A stretch of 64,000 nt of DNA. It comes from Candidatus Accumulibacter iunctus. Lineage in GTDB: Bacteria > Pseudomonadota > Gammaproteobacteria > Burkholderiales > Rhodocyclaceae. Where the stretch lies: positions 28,075 through 92,074 of the forward strand of contig DDUX01000154.1 of NCBI GenBank assembly GCA_002345025.1. The letters run 5' to 3'. Of this stretch, positions 48,583 through 62,568 are shown in pieces. Numbering within the stretch: the stretch's first letter is position 1; each line of letters opens with the position of its first letter. Position numbers and translations under genes: made by a program. The notes beneath the pieces are model-generated. The model was not told the origin of the DNA. It saw only the letters and a program-made list of their open reading frames with translations, and ran no database searches.

Positions 48583-49404
48583 ATGACGACTCAGGACATT
48601 TCGCGTTGGCAGGAGCTGGCGCTGCAGTACGGTTCGGAGCTGGGCATCAAAATCCTCGCCGCGATCGCCTTCTGGGTCGTCGGGCGCTGGCTGATCGGCA
48701 CCGTCGGCCACCTCGTGCAAAACGCTCTCGAGCGTCAGAAGGTGGACGCGACGGTCATGCGCTACCTCGGGACGGTGATCAACGTCACCCTGAACATCCT
48801 GCTGGTGGTTGGCATTCTCGGCTACTTCGGCATTCAGACGACGACCTTCGCGGCCCTCTTCGCCGCCGCAGGTGTCGCCATCGGGCTTGCCTGGTCAGGG
48901 CTTCTCGCCAATTTCGCCGGTGGTGTCTTCCTCATCATCCTGCGACCGATCAAGGTCGGCGATTTCGTGACGGTCGCCGGCGTTACCGGCACGGTGAAGG
49001 AAGTCGGTCTTTTCACCTCGGCGATCACCACCCCCGACAACGTACTGACGCTGGTGGGCAACAGCAAGATCTTCGGCGATACGATCCAGAACTACTCGAG
49101 CAATCCCTATCGTCGCGTGGACCTGAAGGCTCAGTTGTCCGGCGCAGCCGATCACACCGCGGCGATGGCACTGCTCCGGGAAAAGGTCGCAGCGATTCCC
49201 AACGTGCTCGCCAGCCCGCCGGTCGATGTCGAGATTCTCGAGCTGAATCTCGTCGGCCCGGTGCTGGCAGTCCGCCCGTATTGCCATACGGATCACTACT
49301 GGCAGGTCTACTTCGATACCAACCGGACGATTCGCGAGTCGCTGGGCGCCGGTGGTTTCCCGGCGCCGATGCCGGCGCAGGTGGTTTTCGTCAATCAGCA
49401 GTAG
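48583..49404 (+). CDS. Small-conductance mechanosensitive channel (MscS family)
   Basis: Three N-terminal TMs followed by the MscS beta-domain (RPIKVGDFVTVAGVTGTVKEVGLFTSAITTPDN). TAGGAG RBS. Confidence 0.85.
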   Translation: MTTQDISRWQELALQYGSELGIKILAAIAFWVVGRWLIGTVGHLVQNALERQKVDATVMRYLGTVINVTLNILLVVGILGYFGIQTTTFAALFAAAGVAIGLAWSGLLANFAGGVFLIILRPIKVGDFVTVAGVTGTVKEVGLFTSAITTPDNVLTLVGNSKIFGDTIQNYSSNPYRRVDLKAQLSGAADHTAAMALLREKVAAIPNVLASPPVDVEILELNLVGPVLAVRPYCHTDHYWQVYFDTNRTIRESLGAGGFPAPMPAQVVFVNQQ

Positions 49405-49465
49405 CCTTGGCTGCGAGTGCTGCCGGATGCCGTGTGCGTCCGGCGCACCGTGATACTGGCCGGGT

Positions 49466-50623
49466 ATGGCTCCCGAGTTTCTGGCCGGCAACTGTCTGCG
49501 GCTGCTCAACAGCGGCGCCGAGTATTTCCCGGCGCTGCTCGCAGCGATCGGCGAGGCGGAAAGTGAGGTGCACCTCGAGAGCTACATTTTCGAGGATGAC
49601 GAGACCGGGCGTGCGGTTGCTGCTGCTCTGGCGGCGGCTGCGCGTCGCGGTGTCGTGGTGCGCGTTCTGGTGGATGGCTTCGGCGCCCCGGACTTTGCCG
49701 AGCAGCACCAGCCCGCGCTGCTTGCCGCCGGCGTGCAGGCGATGGTCTACCGGCCGGAGATTGCCCGCTTCCGCTTGCGACGACATCGGCTGCGGCGACT
49801 GCATCGCAAGCTGGCGATGATCGATGGCCGCGTCGCTTTCGTCGGCGGCATCAACGTCATCGACGATTTCAATTCGCCCTACCAGTCGTCGCCGCGCTAC
49901 GACTACGCGGTGCGCGTCGAAGGTCCCTTGCTGGTGCCCATCCAGCGGGCGCTGCGCCGATTGTGGGAGGTGGTCCTCTGGGCCAGGCTCAATCGCCGCT
50001 ACCGCCTGACGAGACTGGTCGAAGCGAGCGGCGCGGCGTGCGGCGAGCAGACGGCTGCCTTCCTGCTGCGCGACAGCATCCGCCACCGGCGAGACATCGA
50101 ACTCGCCTACCTCGAGGCGATCCGCTCGGCGCGCGACGAGATCGTGCTCGCCAACGCCTACTTCCTGCCCGGCCGGCGTTTCCGGCGCGCATTGCGGGCT
50201 GCCGCCGGCCGGGGCGTGCGGGTGACGATCCTGCTGCAGGGACTCGTCGAGTATCGGCTGCTGCATTACGCGACGCAGGCGCTGTATGGCAACCTGCTCG
50301 CCGCCGGAATCAGGATCTTCGAGTATCAGCGCAGTTTCCTGCACGCCAAGGTGGCGGTGATCGACCGCCACTGGGCGACGGTCGGTTCGTCGAACATCGA
50401 TCCCTTCAGTCTGCTCCTGGCACGGGAAGCGAACGTCGTCGTCCGCGACCGCGGCTTTGCCGACGAACTGGAGCGGAGCCTCGCGGCAGCGATGAGCGAC
50501 GGCGCGATCGAACTGCCGGTCGACAGCTGGCAGCGCAAGCCGTGGTACTCGCGGCTGCTGCGGCGCGCGAGTTACAGCCTGCTGCGGATGCTGGTCGGCA
50601 TCAGCGGCTACGGCAGGCGATGA
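49466..50623 (+). CDS. clsB: Cardiolipin synthase B / phospholipase D family protein
   Basis: Two HKD motifs (HRKLAMIDGRVAFVGGIN and LHAKVAVIDRHWATVGSSN). Confidence 0.85.
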   Translation: MAPEFLAGNCLRLLNSGAEYFPALLAAIGEAESEVHLESYIFEDDETGRAVAAALAAAARRGVVVRVLVDGFGAPDFAEQHQPALLAAGVQAMVYRPEIARFRLRRHRLRRLHRKLAMIDGRVAFVGGINVIDDFNSPYQSSPRYDYAVRVEGPLLVPIQRALRRLWEVVLWARLNRRYRLTRLVEASGAACGEQTAAFLLRDSIRHRRDIELAYLEAIRSARDEIVLANAYFLPGRRFRRALRAAAGRGVRVTILLQGLVEYRLLHYATQALYGNLLAAGIRIFEYQRSFLHAKVAVIDRHWATVGSSNIDPFSLLLAREANVVVRDRGFADELERSLAAAMSDGAIELPVDSWQRKPWYSRLLRRASYSLLRMLVGISGYGRR

Positions 50624-51552
50624 TCGGCAACCGCGCTGCGTCGTGCGGGGACGTGCGCGATCGACCAGTTGGCGATCGCCCAGCGCCAGAACTCGGGCAG
50701 CGGTGACTGGCGGACATCAGGCGGAACGACATGGCCGAGGAACGCGAGTGCCGCCGCCAGCAGCGGGCTGCCGCCGGCGGCATCGACCGCCTTGGCGCGG
50801 GTCTGCTTCGACAGTTTCTCGCCGGCGGCGTTGCTGACCAGTGGCAGGTGGGCGTATGCCGGGATCGGCAGTTGCAGGCGCTGCGCGAGCCAGATCTGGC
50901 GTGGGGTCGAGTCAAGGAGGTCAGCGCCGCGGACGACCGAGCTGATCTGCTGCTCGGCGTCGTCGACCACCACGGCCAGCTGGTAGGCGTACTGGCCGTC
51001 GGCTCGCAGCAGGACGAAATCACCGACGGCCTCCGCCAAGTCCTGCCGCTGTGTTCCCTGGACGCGATCGGCGAAGCGGAGTTCCTGCGCCGGGACGCGC
51101 ATTCGCCAGGCGCGCGCGCTGCGTCCCGGCGGCAGTCCCGGGCGGCAGGTGCCGGGGTAGACCAGACCGCCGTCGACGGCTGCGGGCGGTGAGCAGGCAG
51201 CGATTTCGCGCCGAGAACAGGCGCAGGGGTAGACGTCGCCGCTGCCCTGGAGCTGGCTCAATGCGGCGCGGTAGGCATCCAGGCGACGGCTCTGGTAGAC
51301 GACCTCGCCGTCCCACTCGAAGGCCAGTCCTGCGAGCGTGCGCAGAATGGCGTCAGCGGCCCCGGGGACGCTTCGCTGCTGGTCGATGTCCTCGATGCGC
51401 AGCAACCAGCTGCCGCCCCTGGCCCGGGCATCGAGATAGCTGCCGACGGCCGCCACCAGCGAGCCGAAGTGCAGCCGCCCCGTCGGCGACGGTGCAAAGC
51501 GGCCGCGGTGAGACGCCGGCCGCTCGGCCGCGGAGGCGAAGTCGCTCCTCAT
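50608..51552 (-). CDS. gluQ: tRNA glutamyl-Q(34) synthetase
   Basis: RGRFAPSPTGRLHFGSLVAAVGSYLDAR...LLRIEDID is typical of the GluQRS (YadB) paralogue. 314 aa, lacking an anticodon domain. Confidence 0.85.
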   Translation of the reverse strand: MRSDFASAAERPASHRGRFAPSPTGRLHFGSLVAAVGSYLDARARGGSWLLRIEDIDQQRSVPGAADAILRTLAGLAFEWDGEVVYQSRRLDAYRAALSQLQGSGDVYPCACSRREIAACSPPAAVDGGLVYPGTCRPGLPPGRSARAWRMRVPAQELRFADRVQGTQRQDLAEAVGDFVLLRADGQYAYQLAVVVDDAEQQISSVVRGADLLDSTPRQIWLAQRLQLPIPAYAHLPLVSNAAGEKLSKQTRAKAVDAAGGSPLLAAALAFLGHVVPPDVRQSPLPEFWRWAIANWSIAHVPARRSAVADHRLP

Positions 51553-51648
51553 GGCGGATCGTCTGCGGGCGCTGCCGCGGGTTCGGGCTGCCGAATGGGC
51601 GCATGGATCGCGGCGGGGCGCCTTGGTGTTTGCTGTACGCCCGGGTAA

Positions 51649-52566
<918 letters not shown>

Positions 52567-52597
52567 GCGGGAGATCGCGCTGAACGCGGCGTTACCG

Positions 52598-53299
52598 GTG
52601 TGGCTGTTCGACCTCGACAACACGCTGCACGATGCCACGCCGCACATATTTCCGCACATCAATCGCTCGATGGCGACCTACATTCGCCACCACCTCGGTG
52701 TTGATGACGACGAGGCCACACGCCTTCGGCTCGACTACTGGCAGCGCTACGGTGCGACGCTGCTGGGCCTGATGCGCCACCATGGCACGGACCCACAGCA
52801 TTTCCTGCGCCATACGCACGATTTTCCGGACCTCAAGCAGATGCTGGTTTTCGAGCGCGGGCTGAACGCGATGCTGCGCCGCCTGCCCGGTCGCAAGATC
52901 GTTTTCTCGAACGCGCCGCTGGCCTACAGTGAGGCGGTTCTCGAACTGGTCGGCGTGCGCAAGAGGTTCTCCGCGCTGTACTCGGTCGAGCGGCTCCGCT
53001 TCCAGCCGAAGCCGGCGCTCGGCGGCTTCCGCCACCTGTTGCGCAGCGAGCGGCTGTCGCCGCGACGCTGCATCATGGTCGAGGATTCGCTGGTCAATCT
53101 GGAAACGGCGAAACATCTGGGGATGAAAACGGTCTGGATCAGTGACAGTACCCGACAGCCGCAGTGGCTGGATCTGCGCTTGCCATCGGTGCTCGAGCTG
53201 CCACGCCAGTGGCAGCGCCTGCAGTTGCGACTGGCGCCGTGCCGGCCGCTGTCACCGGCGCGGAGGGTGTTCGCAGGAGGTTTCGCCGGAGCGCCATGA
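52598..53299 (+). CDS. HAD-IA hydrolase, pyrimidine 5'-nucleotidase-like
   Basis: WLFDLDNTLH (HAD motif I), ...VFSNAP..., and ...MVEDSLVNL (motif IV-like). Confidence 0.7.
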   Translation: MWLFDLDNTLHDATPHIFPHINRSMATYIRHHLGVDDDEATRLRLDYWQRYGATLLGLMRHHGTDPQHFLRHTHDFPDLKQMLVFERGLNAMLRRLPGRKIVFSNAPLAYSEAVLELVGVRKRFSALYSVERLRFQPKPALGGFRHLLRSERLSPRRCIMVEDSLVNLETAKHLGMKTVWISDSTRQPQWLDLRLPSVLELPRQWQRLQLRLAPCRPLSPARRVFAGGFAGAP

Positions 53300-56200
53300 G
53301 AGACGCCGACTCGCTCGCCCAGCAGATGCTGGAATACCGCGCGATCCTTGATCATTCGGGGATCGCCGTCGTGTGCCTGCGCAACCGCTCGGTCTATCGC
53401 TGCAATCCGCGTGCCGAGGAGCTGTTCGGCTGGCAGCCGGGGACCCTGGTCGGCCAGCCAGACGAGGTGTTCCATCCGGACAGCAGTGCGTGCGACGCTC
53501 TGCGGCGGAGAGTGCGCTCGTCCCTGCGCCGCGGTCAGGCGGTCGATCTGGCAACCGAAATGGTGCGCCGTGACGGGAGCGTCTTCGTTGCCCAATTTGT
53601 GGCGCGGGCGATCGACCCTGCCGCTCCGGCAAGCGGGACCGTCTGGATCGTTCGCGACATATCCGACGAGGTGCGCGCCCGGCTAGCCAACGACAGCCTG
53701 TTGCGCGAGCAGACCCTGATCTTCGAACGTGCTCCGATCGGCATTGCCTTCCTGCGCGACCGGATCATCCAGCGCTGCAATCCGAGCTTCGAGAAGATGT
53801 TCGGCTATTCGCCCGGGGCACTGCTGGGCCAGTCGACCCGCATCTGTTTTGCCAACGAGACGCGGTGGCGCGAGGCGGGCGAGCACGCGCATGCGGTGAT
53901 CAGCGAGACGGGGCGTTACAGTGGCGAGCTGGAGTACCGCAAGGCTGACGGCACGCCGATCTGGTGTCAGGTGACGGGCAGCCGGTTCAACCCGGACAAC
54001 CCGGAGGAGGGACTGGTCTGGCTGTTCGAGGACGTCACGGCACGGCGCGCTGCCGAAGAGGCTCTCGTGGACAGCCTGTGGGAGCAGCAGCTGATCTTCG
54101 ACAACGCGATGATCGGCATCTCGTATCAGCGACAACAGACGATACTCCGCTGCAATCGGCGCTGCGAGGAGATTTTCGGCTATCCGCCAGGGGGCCTGAA
54201 CGGACAATCGGCACGCATCCTTTTTGCCACCGACGAGGCGTGGGAAGGCGACGGGCGGCTGGTCTATGACCATCACCATGGAAGGGAGACCTTTGCAGGC
54301 GAGTTCGTGTATTGCCGTCGCGACGGTGAGCCAATCCGGGTGCGGGTGATCGGTCGCACGATCGGCGAGCATGAACGGGCCGATACCTGGATCTGGACAT
54401 ACGAGGATGTCACGGCGCAGCGGGCTGCCGAAGAGAGGCTGCGGCAAAGCCACCTCGAACTTGAGCAGCGTGTCGGCGAGCGCACCCGAGAACTGTCACA
54501 GCAGCTCCATTTCATGCGCCAGTTGATCGAGGCGATTCCCGGCCCGGTGTTCTACAAGAGCCGCGATGGGCGCTACCTCGGCTGCAATCAGGCGTTCGTC
54601 GAACTGATCGGCAAGGCGCGCAGCGAAGTCGTCGGCGCCACAGTTGATGACCTGGCGCCGCATGATCTCGCCGATCGCTACCGGGCTGCCGACGAGGAAC
54701 TCCTCGCGCGCGGTGGTTCGCTGGTCTATGAGGCGAAGGTCCGCCATGCCGACGGCAGTGAGCGGGATGTCATCTTTCACAAGGCGACCTACGGCAAGCC
54801 CGACGAGCCCGGCAGTGGCCTGGTCGGCGTGATTCTCGACATCACCGAACGCAAGCGGATGGAGGCGAGGTTGCAGCAGGCGGCAACGGTCTTCGACAGC
54901 AGTGCCGAAGGCATCACCATCACCGCTCCCGACGGCAGCATCATCGCGGTGAACCGGGCGTTCTCCGAGATTACCGGTTATGGTGAGGAGGAAGTCATCG
55001 GGCGCAACCCGCGCATGCTGCAGTCCGGCCGTCAGGATCAGGATGTCTATCGCCAGATGTGGCAGGAACTGCGGACGACTGGTCGCTGGCAGGGCGAGTT
55101 GTGGAACCGGCGCAAGGATGGCAGGACCTTTCTCGAATCCCTGACGATCAGTGCGGTAAAGGACAGCGAGGGTCGCGTCACGCACTATGTCGGTGTTTTC
55201 TCGGACATCACCGAGTTGCGCAAGGCACACGACCAGCTCGACCATCAGGCGCACCACGATCCGCTGACCGGCCTGCCCAACCGGCTGCTGCTCGGCGACC
55301 GGTTGCACAAGGCGATGCAGCGTGCTCACCGCGAGGAAGCCCAGCTTGCCGTTCTCTTCATCGATCTCGACCGCTTCAAAGTCATCAACGATACGCTTGG
55401 CCATCAGGCGGGCGATCGTGTCCTCTGCGAGGTTGCGCGTCGCCTGAGCAGGTTGATGCGGGAATCGGACACCGTGGGTCGTCTCGGGGGCGACGAGTTC
55501 CTGATCATTGTCGAGCGGATTGCCGATCCGGGCGCTGCCTCACATGTGGCGGAAAAGATCCTCACCGTTCTGCAGGATGCTCCGGTGACGGTCGAACACG
55601 AGTTCTTTGTCGGCGCAAGTATCGGCATCAGCGTTTTCCCACAGGATGGGAACGAGGTCGATACGCTGATGAAGAATGCCGATGTCGCGATGTATCGGGC
55701 GAAGGAGCGCGGTCGGAATACCTACGACTTCTTCACCAAGGCCCTGACCCGGTCGTCGCTCGAACGTCTGCAGATGGAGACCGATCTGCGGCGCGCCATC
55801 GAACGTGACGAACTGCTCGTCTACCTGCAACCGCAGTTCTCCCTGCGCGACGGCCGCCTGCTTGGTGCCGAGGCGCTGGTGCGCTGGCTGCGGCCGCAGC
55901 ACGGGCTGGTGATGCCCGGGGAGTTCATCCGGCTGGCTGAGGAGTCGGGGCTGATCGTCGCGATCGGTGAATGGGTGCTGCTGACGGCGGCAAGCCACTG
56001 GGCCGCCTGGCTCGCCGCCGGCCTGGCTCCCGGGGTGCTCTCGGTCAACGTTTCCGGGGTCGAGTTCAGCCGTGGCAGAATCGAGCAGACGGCGCGCAAG
56101 ACCATTGCCTCTTCCGGGCTGGCGGCGGGGTGTATCGAACTGGAAATCACCGAAAGCGCGATCATGAGCCATGCCGAGAGCAGCGTGCAGGTGCTGGACA

Positions 56201-56532
56201 ATCTGCGGGCCATGGGCATCAGTCTCGTGATCGACGATTTCGGTACCGGCTACTCCTCGCTTGCCTATCTCAAGCGCCTGCCGATCAACAAGTTGAAGAT
56301 CGATCAGAGCTTCGTCCGCGGACTGCCGGGCGACGTTGAAGACTGCGCCATTACCCGCGCCGTGATCGCGCTCGCCCACAGCCTGCAACTGACGGTCATC
56401 GCCGAGGGTGTCGAGTCTGCCGTGCAGCGTGAATTTCTGGCCAGCGAAGGCTGCGACGAGATGCAGGGCTACCTTTGCGGACGACCGCTGCCGATCGACG
56501 AGTACCGCCAGCGTTTCCTTGACCATTGTTGA
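53296..56532 (+). CDS. Multi-PAS GGDEF-EAL signalling protein
   Basis: Several PAS repeats, a GGDEF site (RLGGDEFLII) and an EAL domain (ELEITES...DDFGTGYSSL). The ATG at 53296 forms an ATGA overlap with the upstream gene. Confidence 0.9.
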   Translation: MRDADSLAQQMLEYRAILDHSGIAVVCLRNRSVYRCNPRAEELFGWQPGTLVGQPDEVFHPDSSACDALRRRVRSSLRRGQAVDLATEMVRRDGSVFVAQFVARAIDPAAPASGTVWIVRDISDEVRARLANDSLLREQTLIFERAPIGIAFLRDRIIQRCNPSFEKMFGYSPGALLGQSTRICFANETRWREAGEHAHAVISETGRYSGELEYRKADGTPIWCQVTGSRFNPDNPEEGLVWLFEDVTARRAAEEALVDSLWEQQLIFDNAMIGISYQRQQTILRCNRRCEEIFGYPPGGLNGQSARILFATDEAWEGDGRLVYDHHHGRETFAGEFVYCRRDGEPIRVRVIGRTIGEHERADTWIWTYEDVTAQRAAEERLRQSHLELEQRVGERTRELSQQLHFMRQLIEAIPGPVFYKSRDGRYLGCNQAFVELIGKARSEVVGATVDDLAPHDLADRYRAADEELLARGGSLVYEAKVRHADGSERDVIFHKATYGKPDEPGSGLVGVILDITERKRMEARLQQAATVFDSSAEGITITAPDGSIIAVNRAFSEITGYGEEEVIGRNPRMLQSGRQDQDVYRQMWQELRTTGRWQGELWNRRKDGRTFLESLTISAVKDSEGRVTHYVGVFSDITELRKAHDQLDHQAHHDPLTGLPNRLLLGDRLHKAMQRAHREEAQLAVLFIDLDRFKVINDTLGHQAGDRVLCEVARRLSRLMRESDTVGRLGGDEFLIIVERIADPGAASHVAEKILTVLQDAPVTVEHEFFVGASIGISVFPQDGNEVDTLMKNADVAMYRAKERGRNTYDFFTKALTRSSLERLQMETDLRRAIERDELLVYLQPQFSLRDGRLLGAEALVRWLRPQHGLVMPGEFIRLAEESGLIVAIGEWVLLTAASHWAAWLAAGLAPGVLSVNVSGVEFSRGRIEQTARKTIASSGLAAGCIELEITESAIMSHAESSVQVLDNLRAMGISLVIDDFGTGYSSLAYLKRLPINKLKIDQSFVRGLPGDVEDCAITRAVIALAHSLQLTVIAEGVESAVQREFLASEGCDEMQGYLCGRPLPIDEYRQRFLDHC

Positions 56533-56548
56533 GCCCAAAGACTTCCAG

Positions 56549-59529
<2,981 letters not shown>

Positions 59530-59664
59530 GGAGGAACCCGCGGGGTGGTGGAAAGTGGAAACGGGGAGGCGCGCGCCAGGCTGCCAAACTGATATAGAAT
59601 ATCAGCTTTGTTGCCCGGCTTCGCAGTCCTCAGATCAGTCATCGTTGTCAATGGGAGTTTGGAC

Positions 59665-60300
59665 ATGATTCGTACCATGGCACTAGCGGTTCTCCTGGCC
59701 GCCAGTTTCCCAGTCTTCGCAGCAGAACAGGCGAAAGCGAAGCCCGACCTCGCCAAAGCCCAGGAAATTGCCGAGGGCGTCTGTGTGGCCTGTCATGCTG
59801 CTGACGGGAACAGTCCGACTGCAGCCAATCCAATTCTCGCCGGCCAGGTTCCCGAGTATCTCTACAAGCAGCTGAGCAACTTCAAGTCTGTCGATGGCAA
59901 GCCGCCGGTGCGCAACAATGCGATCATGGGCGGAATGGTCGCGGCACTTTCGGATGAAGACATGCGCGGCCTCGCGCTCTACTTCGCGCAGCAGAAGATC
60001 AAGCCCTCCATGGCCAAGGATGAAACGCTCCTGGCGGAGGGCAAGTCATTGTGGCGAAAGGGAGATTTCGACAAGGGCGTGCCGGCGTGTGCCGGTTGTC
60101 ACGGTCCTGCCGGCGGCGGCCTGCCGATCCAGTATCCACGGCTGGCGGGCCAGTACGCCGAGTACACCGCTGCACAGCTGAAGAGCTTCCGGAGTCACGA
60201 GCGGGCGAATGATTCGGAGAAGATGATGCGTGTCATCGCAGGCAAACTCTCCGATCACCAGATCAACGCGGTTGCCGAGTACGCTGCGGGTCTACGCTAG
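59665..60300 (+). CDS. Dihaem cytochrome c4
   Basis: Signal peptide MIRTMALAVLLAASFPVFA and two CxxCH sites (CVACH, CAGCH), with the LSNFKS / LKSFRS pattern typical of c4. Confidence 0.85.
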   Translation: MIRTMALAVLLAASFPVFAAEQAKAKPDLAKAQEIAEGVCVACHAADGNSPTAANPILAGQVPEYLYKQLSNFKSVDGKPPVRNNAIMGGMVAALSDEDMRGLALYFAQQKIKPSMAKDETLLAEGKSLWRKGDFDKGVPACAGCHGPAGGGLPIQYPRLAGQYAEYTAAQLKSFRSHERANDSEKMMRVIAGKLSDHQINAVAEYAAGLR

Positions 60301-60429
60301 ACCTCTGGCGGACGGCTGGTGCCGGCAACTGCCCGTCAGCGTGCAGTCGCCAGCAGTTTTCGCACCCCTCGGCAGAGCGAGCGTCGGACGCTCCAGAACG
60401 GGTGCTTCCCTGACCAGAAAGGACGCTTC

Positions 60430-60858
60430 ATGAAGACACTCAGGCAAATTCTCGCTGCCAAGAGCGCAGACCTGGCAGTTGTCTCGCCCGCGGATCCGGT
60501 TTTCCACGCGCTGCAGGTGATGTCGGACGCGAATGTCGGTGCAGTCCTCGTGCTTGACGGCGACAAGCTCGTCGGCATCTTCTCCGAACGGGATTATGCG
60601 CGCAAGGTGATCCTGCACGGCAAGGCGTCGAAGGAGACCCGCGTCGGCGAGATCATGTCCGAGAAGGTGCTCTACGTGACACCGGAGCAGACGGTCGACG
60701 AGTGCATGGCCATCATGACGGAAAAGCACTTCCGTCACCTGCCGGTGCTTGCGGAAGGCAAGGTCATCGGTATCGTCTCCATCGGCGACGTGGTCAAGGA
60801 AACGATCTGTGAGCAGCAGTTCATCATCGACCAGATGGAGAAGTACATCACCGGCTGA
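60430..60858 (+). CDS. CBS domain-pair protein
   Basis: 142 aa, two CBS repeats (...VGAVLVLDGDKLVGIFSERD..., ...HLPVLAEGKVIGIVSIGD...). Confidence 0.8.
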   Translation: MKTLRQILAAKSADLAVVSPADPVFHALQVMSDANVGAVLVLDGDKLVGIFSERDYARKVILHGKASKETRVGEIMSEKVLYVTPEQTVDECMAIMTEKHFRHLPVLAEGKVIGIVSIGDVVKETICEQQFIIDQMEKYITG

Positions 60859-60885
60859 CGCAGCAGCCGTCGTCCTCCGGCATCG

Positions 60886-60911
60886 GCCCGCGCTGCGGCG
60901 CGGGCTTCTTG
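60886..60911 (+). terminator. Intrinsic terminator after the CBS gene
   Basis: 8-bp GC stem gcccgcgc/gcgcgggc with a 4-nt loop, followed by TTCTTG. Confidence 0.5.
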
Positions 60912-61033
60912 CCAACGGTCATCACTTTCGACCCACCCCTGATGATGAAAGTCATGACCGTTTCCCTCATCCCCGGCCCTTCTCGCGCGCAAGGGAGAAG
61001 GGAGATTCGCGAGTCGCAGACGCGACTTTCACA

Positions 61034-61681
61034 TTAAGGCAGCTCGTCGAGGCCGAAAGCAGCCAGGTGTTCGGTCTGTCCCCAGCTTTCCAGGGTCCAC
61101 GTCGCGTCACGGATTTGCAGCCAGTTGATGCCGGCGTTCGGGATCAGGAAGTCGCGCGGAGCCGACAGCGGATTGCCGCGCACCAGGCGGTTGACGATGT
61201 CGAGGACGCCGCCGTGGGTGACGACGACGATGGTTTCCCCATGGTGTTCGGCGGCCAGTTGGCGCAGGCCGCCGCTGACGCGGTCGTGCAGCTGGCGCAG
61301 GCTCTCGCCGCCGAACGGGATCACGAATTCGGGATCGCGGGTTTCGAAAGAGTGGTAATCGGCAGGGTACCTGGCCCGTGACTCGTCGTAGGTCAGACCC
61401 TCGAAGAAGCCGTAGCGTCGTTCGCGAAACTCGGGCCGGAAAGCCGGCAAAAGTCTCATCCTGTGGGCGATGCGTGCGGCTGTCTGGCGCGCGCGCTGCA
61501 GGTCGCTGCTGTAGAGCGCGCTCACCGCTTCGTTTGCCAGCCAGTCTGCCGCCGCCTGCGCCTGCGCCAGCCCCGCGGCATTGAGTCCGATGTCGATCTG
61601 TCCCTGAATGCGTTTGTCGGCATTCCAGGTGGTTTCACCATGGCGGACGAGGCAGATTCGGGTTATTCCCATGTTGGTCAT
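61034..61681 (-). CDS. Histidine phosphatase family protein (phosphoglycerate mutase-like)
   Basis: ICLVRHGETTWN (RHG catalytic motif) and ...VVTHGGVL. The start is either 61681 or 61672. Confidence 0.8.
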   Translation of the reverse strand: MTNMGITRICLVRHGETTWNADKRIQGQIDIGLNAAGLAQAQAAADWLANEAVSALYSSDLQRARQTAARIAHRMRLLPAFRPEFRERRYGFFEGLTYDESRARYPADYHSFETRDPEFVIPFGGESLRQLHDRVSGGLRQLAAEHHGETIVVVTHGGVLDIVNRLVRGNPLSAPRDFLIPNAGINWLQIRDATWTLESWGQTEHLAAFGLDELP

Positions 61682-62082
61682 CACGATGTTCAGAGAGAGC
61701 TGAGGCAGGTCGCCGGCTCGCTGCCACCAGCGCGCGACCCGAGGGGCTGGTGCGGGTGGGAACAGCACGCCGGCGGCATCCGCGAGCCACCTTCCGCCAG
61801 CCGCAGCAGGCAGCGAGACGGTCCGCGAAAGCCGGATTCTAAGCCATCCGCTGGCTGCGGCCGGACTTTGCGCTGCACTCGTCAGCGTTGTTGCAGGGGA
61901 TCGGCCCCGCCCGATGCCTCGGGGACGGTGGCCGCGCTGCGCCGAGCGCCTGCGGCAGCTGCCCCTGAGAATTGCTGCGGCGCAACTTCCATCGGCCTTT
62001 CATCTTGCTCTAGTGATCCTGCGATCGCCGAAAACGCGACATTGATCAGCACGACCATCGATCACTCAGAGGAGGAGACGTC

Positions 62083-62556
62083 ATGCAGAAGTCCTTGCAC
62101 ATCGATTCGGGCAAGTGCACCGGGTGCCTGCAGTGCGAAATGGCCTGTTCGTACGAGAACACAGGGATGTTCAACCCGTCGAGGTCGCGCATCAAGGTCT
62201 TCGACTTCCACCACGAGGGTCGCAAGGTTCCCTACACGTGCACTCAATGTGCCGAGGCGTGGTGCCTCAATGCCTGTCCTGTCGAGGCCATCAGGGTTGA
62301 TCGTGCCACCGGCGCGAAAGTGGTGCTCGAGGCCGTCTGTGTCGGCTGCAAGGTGTGCACGATTGCCTGTCCGTTCGGGACGATCAACTACAGCCGCGAT
62401 TCCGGCAAGGTCCAGAAGTGCGACCTCTGTGGCGGTGATCCGGCCTGCGCGACGGCCTGCCCGACCGGGGCGATCAGCTACCTCGATGCCGACTGGACGG
62501 GCCTCGAGCGGATGCGCCAGTGGGCGCAGAAGACCGACACTGCGGCACACGTTTGA
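62083..62556 (+). CDS. 4Fe-4S dicluster ferredoxin-like subunit (AOR-associated)
   Basis: Four CxxCxxC(x)nC clusters (CTGCLQCEMAC, CTQCAEAWC, CVGCKVCTIAC, CDLCGGDPAC). GGAGGAG RBS. Directly upstream of the AOR gene. Confidence 0.85.
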   Translation: MQKSLHIDSGKCTGCLQCEMACSYENTGMFNPSRSRIKVFDFHHEGRKVPYTCTQCAEAWCLNACPVEAIRVDRATGAKVVLEAVCVGCKVCTIACPFGTINYSRDSGKVQKCDLCGGDPACATACPTGAISYLDADWTGLERMRQWAQKTDTAAHV

Positions 62557-62568
62557 GGAGGAACGACC